Origin: Gekko japonicus
Taxonomy: Eukaryota
DNA: 64,000 nucleotides
Reading direction: 5' to 3'
Assembly (NCBI RefSeq): GCF_001447785.1
Contig: NW_015172020.1
Location: 965,302 to 1,029,301 of the forward strand
Positions 35,758 to 48,296 of this stretch are shown one piece after another. Position 1 is the first letter of the stretch. Each line of letters opens with the position of its first letter. The position numbers and the translations under genes were made by a program. Below the pieces are notes generated by a model that saw only the letters and a list, made by a program, of their open reading frames with translations, was not told the origin of the DNA and did no database searches.

Positions 35758-35888
35758 GTATCTTCTGGGTGAGCTGTGAAGCTGGCACCTACATCCGAAC
35801 CCTGTGCGTCCACCTGGGCTTATTGCTGGGTGTCGGAGGGCAGATGCAGGAGCTCCGGCGAGTCCGCTCTGGGGTCATGGGAGAAAAG
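35758..35888 (+). CDS. DKC1: DKC1 exon 8 ([38 protein letters not shown])
   Basis: CAG|...|GTACGT, 131 nt. Confidence 0.97.
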
Positions 35889-35937
35889 GTACGTTGTAGA
35901 AGGGGCCAGCATGTCTTTGAAGCCCAAGGTTGTCTCC

Positions 35938-36074
35938 ATCCAAAGTGTTGAGTTCAGTCCAGGGCTATGTCCCCTGGTCTGGTAATTAAACTTTGGGACA
36001 GCATGTAGTTGGGAAGTGAGGAAGGTAGGGAGTTTACATTCTTGCCAGCTTCCTCTCTTCTTGCCCACACAGTT
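35938..36074 (+). ncRNA. SNORA36: H/ACA snoRNA SNORA36 (ACA36), DKC1 intron 8
   Basis: 5' hairpin TCCAAAGTGTTGAGTTCAGTCCAGGG...TAATTAAACTTTGGG matches recalled human ACA36; H box ACAGCA (35998), ACA at 36069; same intron as human. Confidence 0.9.
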
Positions 36075-36149
36075 GCCTGACAGCCTATTGAGATCAATTG
36101 CATGGGCTCCTTGGCTATACCTAAAGATGGATATAGCTAAAGGATGAAA

Positions 36150-36446
36150 GAAGGAGAAGAGAGAGAGAAGAGGAGATTGGATTTATACCCCGCCCTTCAC
36201 TACCCAAAGGTGTTTCAGAGCAGCTTACAAACTCTTTTCCCTTCCCCTCCCCACAACAGACACTCTGTGAGGTAGGTGGGGCTGAGAGAGCTCTTGACAG
36301 AAACTGCTCCTTTTCGAGAACAGCTCTTATCAGAACTATGGCTTGCCCAAGGTCATCCAGCCAGGTGCAAGTGGAGGAATGGGGAATCAAACCCAGTTCT
36401 CCCAGATCAGAGTCTGTGCACTGAACCACTACACCAAACTGGCTCA
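36150..36446 (-). mobile_element. Squam3-like SINE
   Basis: Homology to 8561-8848 family. Confidence 0.85.
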
Positions 36447-36609
36447 CCTGAAAGAAACCCAGGCAGCAGCAGACTTCCACTGAAACCCCGTGACTCTAGT
36501 AGAGAGCAGTTAGGTCATCGCCATCCTCTGCTGTGCTTGCACCACTTACCCCTTTGGCAAGGAGGGTTGGAATTATGAAGCCTGCAGTAGTTCTGTGGGC
36601 AGGAGAAGA

Positions 36610-37531
36610 GATGACAGCCACCGATGCTCACCGTTCATGAACTAGTGACTCTTTTCTTATGAAGGTTTATTTCCCTTGCAGTTTTTGGGGAGCTATGGGA
36701 AGATACCATAGATCAACCTTGTTGAACCTGGGGGCACATTGGAAATTTTTTTAGAGCAGGTAGTAGGCACAACAAAATGGCTGCCATGAGGTGGATATGG
36801 CCAGTTACAAAATGGCTGCCATGGGGGAGGTGCTGTGACCAATCTCAAAATGTTGCAATGTTCTGCAGAACGTTATGAGTATGGAAGGACATTAAGTGAA
36901 CCATGAAGCAAAATTTATCACGAATTTTGCCCTGTTCGGGGTTTGCAAACAGAAGTTCATGACATGTCTACCATCATGAATTTCCACTTACTTTTAAAGC
37001 CGTTTGTGGTGGTTCATGGTGGTTCACGGATGGAGTAGAAAGCAGGGGTTTAAATTAACTCCCTTTAAATCCCTGCTTTCTGTTCCCTGCAAAAGCAGCT
37101 CAGCTGTTTTGGGCTCTCTTGTGCCGTCCCCTTATAAAGGGACTGCACAAGACAGCCTGAAAAACAGCTGAGTTGGCAGGGAACAGTGTCCCCACTGGTC
37201 AGCTGCTCTGGGCTCTCCTGCGGTCCCTTTAGACAGGCTTGCTTAAAGCGGCTGCACAAGGGAGCCCAATACAGCTGAGGCTGTAGAGAGAAGTCTCTCC
37301 ACCAGCCAGCGTCAGTCTCTTTTGTGCAGCCCAAAACAGCTGACTGGTCGGGAGATGGATCAGCTGTTTTTTAGCTGTCTCCCACAGTCCCTTTAAAGTT
37401 TAAAGGGACTGTCCAAGATGGCCCATAACAGCTGAACGGCAGGGGAGCAAGCTGTTCCCCATAGCTCGTGGTTTGGTTCGTGGTTCAGCTATGAACCAAA
37501 CTGCATTTTCCCAGTTCATGCCCATCCCTAG
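36610..37531. mobile_element. Probable non-autonomous DNA transposon (…TGCCCATCCCTA end) with internal CAGCTG/CCCTTTAAA subrepeats
   Basis: Subterminal GGTTCGTGGTT repeats and internal repeats similar to 42920-43535. Confidence 0.45.
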
Positions 37532-37874
37532 TTAGGAGGTTCCAACCAAAACACCTTCGTATTATGGAAGCAGCTCTTTCTGAGTGGGTGCTGTCTCCAG
37601 ATACAAAGGCAGTGCCTCCCAAGGTCTTCTGGAGTACCTCCTGCTCTGGTGTGGTGGAAGAAAGGCAGGATGGGATCTTCATTTTAATTAATGTGAGTCA
37701 TTAGCCTGTTGCAGTTGACTCTCCTGTGCACATTGGCTTAAGTGTGTGTGTTCATATTTGCCCCTGCCCAAGTTCCTAGCCTGCTGTTTTATGGTGATGT
37801 GCTAAGTGTACACACACACACATACCATACTTCCATTGGATCTCTCAGAAGCTCTAATGACTGTTTGCTTCTAG

Positions 37875-38018
37875 GACCATTTGGTGACCATGCATGATGT
37901 GCTGGATGCTCAGTGGCAGTACGACAACAACAAAGACGAGACTTACCTCCGGAGGGTGATCTTCCCCTTGGAGAAGCTGCTGACGTCCCACAAGCGGCTG
38001 GTTATGAAAGACAGTGCG
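37875..38018 (+). CDS. DKC1: DKC1 exon 9 ([48 protein letters not shown])
   Basis: TAG|...|GTGAGT, 144 nt. Confidence 0.97.
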
Positions 38019-38364
38019 GTGAGTGCCCGGAACCTCCTGTTGGTGGCATCTCAGTGTCTTGCAGGCTTATCATGTTTTCATTAAGGAAATTGACTGGGAG
38101 GTGCTTTCAGGCTGGAGAAGTCAAATACTGTGTCTGCCTTTCATATCATTGGTTCGGTGTTGCTGTTTGTTGCTGAAGGAATTCTCTTACGGAACCGGGG
38201 GGGGGTATTTACAGTGACAAGGGTTGGGAGCTGCAAGTTAGCTACTTTGCAGAAATAAATCGTGGCAAAGGCATGAGTGTCAGCGAAGTGTCTCGTTACG
38301 GTGCTCTTCTAGCAAGCATCTTGGTCGGGGTGTGCAGTTCTTGGCTTCCGTCACACAGAAGGTC

Positions 38365-38555
38365 ATGAGCTGGATTCGAATCCAGTAGTAGCACCTTAAG
38401 AGACCAGCAAGATTTTCTGGGGTATAGGCTTTTGGGAGTCTGTGTCTGATGAAGGGAGCTTCACCTCTCGAAAGCTTATACCCCCAAAATCTAGTTGGTC
38501 TCTTAGGCACTATTGGATTTAAATCTAGATCTACTGCAGACCAACATGATTATCC
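38365..38555 (+). mobile_element. Penelope-derived inverted-repeat element containing a minimal hammerhead ribozyme core
   Basis: Inverted arms (CCAGTAG..CACCTTAAGAGACCAGCAAGATTTT / AAAATCTAGTTGGTCTCTTAGG..CTATTGG); CTGATGA at 38446 and GAAAGCTT at 38470; related deleted copy at ~32645-32775. Confidence 0.65.
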
Positions 38556-38691
38556 ATGGCAAACAAAGGGCACGTTAATTGAAAACAGTGGAAATAGAGG
38601 ATGTTACAGTGACCACCCGCTTAGGGAAATCTGCTGGAGCTGACAACAGTGAATAGACTTTATTTAATGTATGTCTTGCCCTCCCTGCTGA

Positions 38692-38952
<261 letters not shown>

Positions 38953-39484
38953 TGAAACTGCTTCACACCGATCATTCATTGTTTCCACTAGCCCGGAGCT
39001 GTGTTCCAGCTGGAGCTTCTAGGCAGAAAGGTCTTTCCCAGCCCTGCCATATTAGATCCTCAGGCTAAAGGTTCCAGAGATTGAACCTAGGGCTGCCTGC
39101 ATTCAAAGCAGGGGCTCCACTCATGAGCTGATGGGCCTGTCCTATACTTACATGAAAGGGTTGCCTGAACCACTAGTCTGTTAGGGTGAGAATCTGTGTT
39201 CAGAGGAATATCTTTTTTTCCCCCTTTTTTGCTGTGTTCTTCAGTTGCTCGAAGAGTGTCTTAAAGACTCTTGAGAGCTTTCTCTCCCTACTGAAAATGC
39301 TCTCCTGTCAACATCCTCTTCATCTGTGCAAATTGTGTTCAGAACTGGGAAGGACAGCAGTTTCCACGGGAAATGTCAGCGATTTAACATTTAATGTGGC
39401 TCTGGTGGCGCAGCTGACTAGCACTGATGGCACTGGAGTGACACCTAGTGGTAGATCAAACATATTGCGTATCTACTGCTGTTA

Positions 39485-39835
39485 GGTAAAAGGTAAAGGT
39501 TCCCTTGCTCGAAAGCCAGTCGAATCCGACTCTAGGGTTGCGGTGCTCATCTCCGTTTCCAAGCCGAAGAGCCAGCGCTGTCTGAAGACGTTTCCGTGGT
39601 CATGTGGCCGGCATGACTAAACACCAAGGCGCACAGAACGCTGTTCCCTTCCCACCGAAGTGGTCCCTATTTATCTACTTGCAATTTCTTGCTTTCAAAC
39701 TGCTAGGTTGGCAGGAGCTGGAACCAGAGACGGGAGCTCACTCCGTCATGCGGCACCCGGGTCTCGAACTGCTGAACTACTGACCTTCCACAGCCTGCAG
39801 TTCAGCGTCTTAACCACTTGAGCCACCGCAGCTCC
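39485..39835 (-). mobile_element. Sauria SINE full length
   Basis: Flanked by direct repeat TATCTACTGCTGTTA. Confidence 0.9.
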
Positions 39836-40959
39836 TATCTACTGCTGTTACTCATGGCTTCTTGTTGTATGGCCCTTCAGAGTGGGAAAGTGGCCAATGC
39901 GTTTGGTGAATAATAATGGTGTGGATGCCTGTCCCTGACGAGCAACTGCAAAGGGGCAGTTAACCTTTCTACCAAGCAGACTTACCTTCTCGGGGCCTGT
40001 ATGAAAGCTTTGAATGGGCGGGGAGGGCAATGGACTGAGGGTGCAAAGAGGAGTCCATTAAATCCTTGCCTGGGTGGCAGGGCTTCGTCTGCCCCCCCCC
40101 TGCCCTTGGAGGGTGTGTGAAGTGATGATGAAGTTTATCCATTCTCTGAGTGTTGCTGCTCTGCCCTTCCTGCCCCATCCAGGTCCCTGTTCTAGGGTCT
40201 TGATGCTTTGTGGCCTCCTGACTCCTCCTAGCCTCACAGTGTTCTGCTGGGGGTTCAGGGGGTGGCTTGGGGCTGCTGGCAGGGCCTGGGCAGAACTAGC
40301 AGGGCCAGAGCCCCTTCCTGTGGGGCTCTGGCTCAGCCAGGAAGAATGAAACTGTCTGATCACACACTGCTCTAAAGTGCCTGTCTCTGATGACAGACAA
40401 GTAATGAAGGTGGCAGGGGGGACATTTGCACCTATTCCGCTTTTTTAAAAAAATCCACGAAGATGTGTTCAGGGGTACACTTTCTACACCTAGTCGTTTC
40501 TATGCCTTGCTTTTCTCCCCAGTGGAAACTTCCTGTCCACGCAGCACCCTTTCTTATACTTTCAGCTTTTGTCTCCTGTCTTCCAGATGGCAGAAACTAA
40601 TTCGTACCTGTAAAGATCGCCCAGGGCGCAAGAGTTTGCAGCCCAGTGCCTTGGTAGAGAGTGTATTTATAACTTTGCTTGTGGGAAACTGAAGCTGTTC
40701 ATCATTGAAATTTCATAACTGTGCCAAACCGTGTAATTCTGCATCTTAACCAAGCTATAAATGCGTTTTATCTTGTTAAAGCAGGGTTTCCCAGAAGTGC
40801 AGGGGTTTTTTCCTCTCGTGGCTTCTAAACTCTGGTGTTTGCACGACCTGCTGTAACACAGAGGTAGAAGAACCCATAGGCTTGCTCTTCCCTCAGTTTA
40901 GTGGAGGATTGACCAAGTTTTGTCAGGCTGAAATAGCTGCTTGCATGGACATGGCCTGA

Positions 40960-41283
<324 letters not shown>

Positions 41284-41482
41284 TAGGCTGCATTAAAGGC
41301 GTTGCTTGGCCTGCTGGCTGATCACTGTTGTGTCAAATGCCGGGTGTCTGGCTCCACTCCTGCTTTGGGCTTTTTTTCTTTTCTTTTTTTTTATCAAGAC
41401 CAAGGTCTTGACTGCCTCATTATCTGTTAAACTAGTTGGTGCCCTGGCTGTAGCTTTTGCTTGTGGGTCTTCCCTCTGTGCT

Positions 41483-41562
41483 GAGCCACATGATGTCACT
41501 GTAGACTTCTTGAGCACTCTGTGCAGAGATGACACTCATCTACCACCCCAGACTGATGGCTC
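41483..41562 (+). ncRNA. Box C/D snoRNA, U83/U84 family, copy B, DKC1 intron 11
   Basis: GAGCCA/TGGCTC stem, box C ATGATGT (41490), GCAC..GTGC hairpin, CATCTACCACCC, box D CTGA (41553). Confidence 0.85.
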
Positions 41563-41978
41563 CAGTACAGACAGAGCAGGCAGGATTTGGGAACCAGATT
41601 CAGTGCCCCGGGGCAGGCTGGGATAAATTTCTGCTGACACTGGGGATGCTGCCAGTCACTGGGCAAGATAAGGTTGGGGGGTCCTTTTCCAAGAGGATAT
41701 CTGTTCTCCGTTGGTGACTGCAGAGACGGGGACAATGTTCGGGGCTGCTCTTGCAGGCAGTGCCAGAGCAGCTGGAACTCGTCGGGTGTGAGAATGGGCT
41801 GCTTTACCACAAAGCAATAAAACAGAGGGCTGCGTCCAGAATCCACCTGGGTAGTAAGATTTGGCAGAACAGTTTGCCAGTCCTCACATGCCAGTTTTAT
41901 GGCAAGTGTCCCCCTGGGTGCAACAGTTCATCATCAGCTGGTGGTGTTGAGCAGTCCCTCCGCTTGCTCTCTCTCCAG

Positions 41979-42085
41979 GCATCTCAGAAAAAGATGATGA
42001 TCAAGCAAGGTCTGTTGGATAACCATGGCAAGCCGAACGACAAAACTCCACAATCCTGGGCAGAGGGCTACGTGGACTACAGTAG
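41979..42085 (+). CDS. DKC1: DKC1 exon 12 ([35 protein letters not shown])
   Basis: CAG|...AG|GTAATG, 107 nt, phase 2. Confidence 0.9.
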
Positions 42086-42231
42086 GTAATGTCTGCTGTT
42101 CCTTGCTGCCTGCTGTCGCCTTGGCCCTCCATTCCCCATATGACATTTTGGGCCTCTGAAGCCTATCGTGTTAGTGAGGACATTGGGCGTGCATGGGGGG
42201 GGAGCAAGGGCTGCTCATTGTGAGTGAGCTG

Positions 42232-42359
42232 AGCAGGCAGTTATCCCTTTTTAGCCTCCTTCAGTGGCTCTAGAGGGAGTCAGCCTGCTAAATGAAACTG
42301 GGGGAAGCTGCTTCCTGCCCCATTGCGGTTGGGTGTGGCTACCAGCTTTCTGTACATCA
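42232..42359 (+). ncRNA. SNORA56: H/ACA snoRNA SNORA56 (ACA56), DKC1 intron 12
   Basis: CAGGCAGTTATCCCTTT...CTCTAGAGGGAGTCAGCCTGC matches recalled human ACA56 5' hairpin; H box AAATGA (42290), ACA at 42354. Confidence 0.88.
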
Positions 42360-42477
42360 GACTGTGCAGGGGTTTCTTCTTTTTCAAATAAAAGTGAGGT
42401 GTTGAAGGAAGGTCAATAGGTGCTGTGTACAAGAGTAGCAGCTGAAAGGCACCAACCAGGTTCTCGTTTCTTCCCAG

Positions 42478-42541
42478 GGTTGTCCCTAAGGAGGAGGTAG
42501 AACAGGAAGTTGTCCAAGCGGAGCCAGAGAGGGCACCAAAG
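42478..42541 (+). CDS. DKC1: DKC1 exon 13 (VVPKEEVEQEVVQAEPERAPK)
   Basis: Pyrimidine tract + CAG|, |GTTTGT; 64 nt restores phase 2 to 0. Confidence 0.8.
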
Positions 42542-42919
42542 GTTTGTTTGTTCAGCATCTTGTTCCTTTTTTCATGGGACTAACAGTTGGTATTACTATG
42601 AGTCTGTGGAATAGAGATGAAAGAGTCTTCATGCCTTGCAAGCTGATATGCCAAGTAGGATCACTCCTTGGAAAGCACAATCTGGCCATGGTAAACTGTT
42701 CTCCCATCATTTCTAGGGTAGACTACTGTAATGCGCTGTATGTGGGCTGAAAATATTTTGGAGAGGTCAGTGGGTCCAAAATATTACGTAGGGGGCGGGA
42801 TACATTGTGTCTCACCTGTGCTGAAAGATCAACACCGGCTGCCTGTCTCTTTCCAGGCCCAACTAAAAATTCTGGCCCTAGATGGCTTTGGGGGCAGAGT
42901 TATTTGGAGGACTACCGGC

Positions 42920-43535
42920 TAGGGGTGTGCATTCAGATCTACCTGAGCTGAAAATCTACCCCAAAAATACCTTACTGATATTTGGGGGGTAGATTTTGGC
43001 ATCCCAAATGTTATCCAGGCTTTCTTGGGAAAACAGAAAAAAAAATTATGGAAAAAAATCCCAGATATATTCAGGAATTACCAGATAGATACAAAAACAG
43101 AGGCTCCCACCTCTCAGCTATTTGTTGGGCTTCTACTGCAGTCCCTTTAAAGTTCGAAGTCCCTTTAAACTGCAGAAGTTAGCCCCGGGACCTGCTGTGC
43201 CACCAGCAGCAGATTGCTGCCCGCAGGCTGGGCTTTGCGCTGTCTTCTCCCGCCAGCCCAATTTAAGACAGACAGCATGAGAAGCACGCCCAGCCCCAGG
43301 GAGCAGATTGTTCCCTGCCGGCTCAGTTTTGCACTGGCTTCTCGTGCAGGAGAAGCCCAGCCCCAGGATTGGGTTGGCTTTTTTTAAAACAAGTGGTATT
43401 TTTCTCTCGGGTCTATTGGATCTGAACATTTTTTGGGATTTCCAAAAACATCCCAGATCCCAATACCTTCACCAGTACTGGGATCCGGGATTTTTCAGAA
43501 ATCCCACAAATTTTTCAGGTCCAATTGTCCCGCAC
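42920..43535. mobile_element. Probable DNA transposon relic (TAGGGGTGTGCATTC start) inside an old L2-like fragment
   Basis: Terminal motif shared with ~58947; internal CCCTTTAAA repeats; flanking GTAGACTACTGTAATGCGCT is an L2-like RLDYCN motif. Confidence 0.45.
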
Positions 43536-44663
43536 TGAAAAAATACTGGTTAAAAAATATTGCCCACCCCTACTGCCGGCTCCCATCGAGTCCAGTATGA
43601 CGATCCTCCCCCCCAAGCCTTGTTCTCCGTGTCCTGTCTGCAGAGGCGGCACAAATGGCAACCAGACACAGGGCTGTTTTGGTGGTGGCACCTTGGCTTT
43701 AGAATGCCTCCCTCTTGAGGATCTCCCAGCCCCACTTCCATTACTGACCCACTGACAGCGGCGGGGCCCCAAAGCATTAGGTTTCTTTACCCAGGCTTTT
43801 AACTGTGGGATTCCATCCTTTAAAGCTGTTTTTATGGTCAGCTTCTAGCTTGAGGATTTCCCCATCAATATTAATTTAGGCTGCTGAATGTTAATGCTGA
43901 CTTGTTTTGAGCAATCTGACCTCATTTTTATGATTGTGTGGCTTTTTATTTTGCTTTGTGAGCTGACTTGAGGAATTCTCCAGAGAGAAGGCATACACAT
44001 TTTCTTCATAAGAGAAGGGGTTCATCAGCTAATTAATGCCTTTGGATTAGTTGTGTCCCTAAAAGAGCTTCCAACAGCCTGTTGGTATTTCAGGAAAAAA
44101 CACCAGAGTTTGTGTTGTGTGTTTGGCATTGGCAATATTTTGTTTGGGTAAGTCATTGGGCGTGTTTAGAGCCACAGTGCTACCAGACATTCGGAAGTGC
44201 TTTTGTACAGACAGTCGCTTCTCTTCCAGTTAAAAAGGTACATAAGAGGGTCTCGGGCTAGCCTCTGCTACTCCAGCTGTTCACAGACAAGCCTGTTAAG
44301 GAATAAAGAAATGCATGCTGCTTGAGCAACCCAGTGATAACCATTAAGCTTCTGCCCTGAAGGAGTACACTTCTCAAATGTCATTTTGCAGGGCTGGTAA
44401 CTGATCCCTACAACATGACCTTTGAAACCCTTCTGGAGTTCGGTCATAGTCTTCTGTTCTTGGAAGTAGAGCAGATGTCATACGCTGGAGATGTTTTTGC
44501 ACAAGATGCAAGTTCTTTGGTGTTTCTGTAGCTGTACGAAGGAGGGGAAGATGATCTGAAGAAAAGGAGTACAGTGAAAGCAGTGCCCCTCTAGAACTGC
44601 CTAAAACGTTTCTTCCGTCCTGACCACAGTGTGTGCCTGACAGATGTTTTTTCCTTCTCTTAG

Positions 44664-44819
44664 AGAAAGAGGGAGATGGAGAGTGACGGAGAACCTGGAG
44701 AGGAAGCCTCTTCTCCCTCAGCTTCTCCAGAGCCACAGGCGGAGATCAAGAAGAAGAAGAAAAAGAAGGAGAAGAGGAAGGTGGAATCTGCCGAGAGTAG
44801 CAGTGAGGTGACTGAAGTG
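44664..44819 (+). CDS. DKC1: DKC1 exon 14 (RKREMESD...IKKKKKKKEKRKVESAESSSEVTEV)
   Basis: TAG|...|GTACGA, 156 nt; alternative in-frame donor GAG|GTGACT at 44807. Confidence 0.85.
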
Positions 44820-45738
44820 GTACGACTGTTTCTTACATAATCAGTTGAAGGAAGCTCTTGATGCCAGCAGTTACAAACGGGAGAATTCCCAGTTCAAGGC
44901 TACTAAGGGCTGGTTCAGGCATGTGTATGTGCTTCACCTGGTCCCACTACATCAGGAGTGGGCAAGGAGGTCACTCGTGAGACACCAGTCACTCTCCAAG
45001 GTATTAAAAGTAGCTCTCCGGCCCTCCTTCATTACTGCTGCTTTTCTTTAACGCTATTGCAGCAGCTTCTCTCCTCCCTGTCTTCCATGAGAAAGAGGCC
45101 CACACATGCACACACACAATCTTGCTCCGGACCGGAAAGAAGTGTGAGAATGTGTCTTTTTTGCCTGCATCAACATTGCCGTTTGCCTCTTCAAGAACAG
45201 AAGCAGCTGCGTTTTCCCACCCAAGCCCTGCAGCCCTGCTCTGAGATCTAGTAATTTTTGTACAAGCCACCATTTTGTGACTGGCTCCATCCACGGAGCT
45301 ATCATTCTGTGAACGGCAGATCCCTTGAAAACAAAATACCTTCTGGAAACATATATAGCCCTTCCCTGCTGTCCTTTATAAATGGTTCCTGAATGTGTGA
45401 ACTGGGTCCCGTGATACGGCATTGGATTTTGAGGTGGCACGAATGTTCTCTACCTTTGGCGGCCCATTCACATATGCAAGCCATCACTTTCTGACAGGCA
45501 CCAAGCGAAGACCAAGCCTGTATGAACCAGCCTGAAGTCTGCCTGGCTCTGGTAGTAAGGGGTGTGCGGGGCAGGGCGGGGCTCCTTTGTAGACCGAATG
45601 GAAGGCATGCTTTTAAACGTTCTTAATTATTAAGGCATGCTTTTAAACGTTCTTCGTTATTTGTAGCAAGAGGCTGGCAGAGCCGCTGGCCAGTAGTCTT
45701 GAGCCAGCTGTGCATGTGCTGTGATTGCCCCTCCCCAG

Positions 45739-45813
45739 GTCAGCGACACCAGTGCAAAGAAGAAGAAGAAAAAGAAAAAGAAGCAAAAAGAAATGGAGGA
45801 GAGTTCGGAGTAA
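45739..45813 (+). CDS. DKC1: DKC1 exon 15 (VSDTSAKKKKKKKKKQKEMEESSE*)
   Basis: CAG| acceptor, TAA at 45811-45813. Confidence 0.92.
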   Translation, partial: VSDTSAKKKKKKKKKQKEMEESSE

Positions 45814-46761
45814 CCCGCTAGAGCAGGCAGCCTGGACCATCTTGGGAAGGAGGAGTCTGAAAGGTCGTAAAGGAAGCAGCAGACCGGCTCAACGTGCAGA
45901 GACTTGGCTGCTCAAATGTATCGTGTACCTGGCAAGCCCCCTCCGTCCTGTTGTAAGGATAGCTGGAGGAATTGGGGCAGCAGAGCTACCCGGCAGACGG
46001 TGCTGTTTCCTGAGGAGGAATGGCTGTGGACTTGGGAGGCCTCCTGTATGTGGGGAGTGGAACAAAAGGAAACTTGAATTTGACAGCACCTGTAGAGTCT
46101 CCCTGCTCTCTCCCCCTCCCCGTTCTGCATTTTCGTCTTTAATATCTGCTGGATGGCCTTGGCCACTTTGCCTGTTAGTGGGGGCAAAGAGCTTAAAGGA
46201 GGGGCTTTTGGATGTCCAAATGATCAGAAGCTCCATTATTTTTAATGCTTTCCTGTACGCTTTGACTCTCTAATGAATTGAGTCCAAACATTTCCCTCTC
46301 AGGGTTCCTTTTTTCCCTTTGTTTTTTTAAAGCAAATAACTCCTTTTGTGAGAAAGAGCATAAGCTTTGGTCATGACATAGCTGTGGTCTCATTTCCTTT
46401 ATCTGCTAGCTCCCCTTTTCTTTGGCCCCAGACATCTTCGTCCATTTGTCTGGTATCTTCCTGTTCTTGTTGGGACCAGCTGGCAATGAAATCTGAAGCT
46501 ATGAATGGACAAAGTTTGCTCATTGGCCAGTTCTGGCCCCTGAACAGAAGCAGGAGGAAACTTGAGGTCTTTTGCTGGCTGAAGAGGGGGTGGGGAGGGA
46601 GTGCAAACGGATTCCCCTTTGCCTATCTGCAGAGGTTGCTGTCTTCTGAGCACTGCAGTCCCTGTCTGGGGCTAGGGTCATATAGGCCCCTCTATTCCCC
46701 CCCCCATTGCTTGGCAGAGTACCAAAGTTTGGTTTTAAAAGGAGGCAGTGTTCTTTTTTAT

Positions 46762-46767
46762 ATTAAA
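46762..46767 (+). terminator. DKC1: Candidate DKC1 polyA signal ATTAAA
   Basis: Followed by GT-rich GTGTGTTTCTG. Confidence 0.5.
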
Positions 46768-46925
46768 AATACAAATGTGTGTTTCTGCTACCGTTTTGCA
46801 TATCTTGTTGCTCAGTTTCCCAAAGTCTGACTTAAGAGAATATTTTTGCTGAAAGAATGACACAAGTTGCCGATTGCCAGGGTGCCAAAACAACATGGTC
46901 AGTCAAATATCCTGTTAGGGTTCCA

Positions 46926-46952
46926 NNNNNNNNNNNNNNNNNNNNNNNNNNN
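46926..46952. other. Assembly gap (N run)
   Basis: Run of Ns. Confidence 1.
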
Positions 46953-47137
46953 GAAGTCTGGGGGGAAAAACCACAACTCTAATGCTACTTGAAGAGCTGC
47001 TGGGGGGGAGGGGGGATAAGAGCCCCTACCTGCTCATGGGTCAGCTCCAAGCATTGAGAGTTCCCGCCCATCCAGTGATCTTAATATGACAGCACAACGA
47101 GAGCAACACAAAACAGCAGATGATACTTTTGAGATGC

Positions 47138-47143
47138 TTTATT
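47138..47143 (-). terminator. MPP1: Candidate MPP1 polyA signal AATAAA
   Basis: TTTATT on plus strand; downstream on minus is T/GT-rich (CTGCTGTTTTGTGTTG). Confidence 0.6.
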
Positions 47144-48109
47144 GCTGCTTGTTGTTTTTTCCCTGTAATGGACTTGACCAAAGGTCCCTATTGCACATCT
47201 CTGGCTTTTCTTTCTCTTTTTTTGGCATCCTTGAGAAGAATGTGGTGAGACAGCACACTTCAAATGCCACAATGTTTTTTTCCTACTACTTTTATGAGAG
47301 CATGTTACGATCATTCAGTGAGCAGAACATGCAGGAACTGAAAGGCTCATAGTGCAACCTGGCTGTGGATTGTTACCTGGCCCTGGCTTAAAACCTTTGT
47401 TTTATGGCCCAAGCCTATATTATTCACCACCATGGTCTCTCTTGCCCAATAGTTGATCTCCAAACCTCTACACGAGGCTGGCTGCTCTCATCTTGTCTAT
47501 CCCTGCCCCCCAATTACAGTCCAGTTAATGTAAGCTGACTCCAAAATGCAACAGGTGCTGCTACACTGGGAGAAACCGGCATTGTGTGGCTGTATTGCAG
47601 CAAGGACACCTGACCAGTGAAGAGCTTCACTAGACTTCCTCAGTCTTCTCAGTGGGATGGGGGGAAAAACAACCCTAAATTGATACGTTCAGTTTTAACA
47701 GGCCTTTCTTTCCCTCCCATTTAACATTCACAACTTATGGCTTTCAGACCAAATTGTGCTTTTAGTGTTACTTGTGATGACACCGTGGTGGTCTTGCCGG
47801 GTGAGAGAGGTTCTTTTCTTTGCCTTTCCTTACCCTCCTGCTGCACCATTACCTGTGAGCTGCAGGTGTGTGGGCTTACGTGGTGCCATGTGGGCCACAG
47901 ACACATTTGCTTGTCTGCAGGTGCCTGCAGCTGGCAGAGGCTTAAAAAAAAAAAGAGGACTCTGGCCATGGCAGTTACAGAGCAAGAGGTGCTCTGAGGA
48001 AGAGGTAAAGGGGCTGTGACTTCAGACAAAAGTAGAGAGGTGGAGGGGATGGTGGTGTGGCGGCCCCTGCCTTTGACATGCTGAACTGAAGGGCTTCCTG
48101 GGAACAGCT

Positions 48110-48286
48110 TCAATATACCCAGGAAACGGGCACCCACTGGGCTGAGCTGCATGCGCGCTCAAAGGCTGCTTGGAGTTGCTGGAGGCTCTCGTCCACATCA
48201 TTGTTCACCAGCGACAGGTCGAAGTAGTGGGCATATCTGCTCCGGATCGCTTCCGAATCCTTCTGCAGTTGCTGCAAGGCTTCTGA
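48110..48286 (-). CDS. MPP1: MPP1 last exon (12), guanylate kinase C-term ...QWVPVSWVY*
   Basis: [29 protein letters not shown]; 177 nt; GCAG| acceptor. Confidence 0.96.
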   Translation of the reverse strand, partial: SEALQQLQKDSEAIRSRYAHYFDLSLVNNDVDESLQQLQAAFERACSSAQWVPVSWVY

Positions 48287-48296
48287 CTGCACAGGA

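Noticed and set aside
45725-46830. ORFs of 182 and 160 aa after the DKC1 stop
   Set aside because: Non-ATG, out-of-frame translations of the DKC1 last exon and 3' UTR with no recognisable domain.
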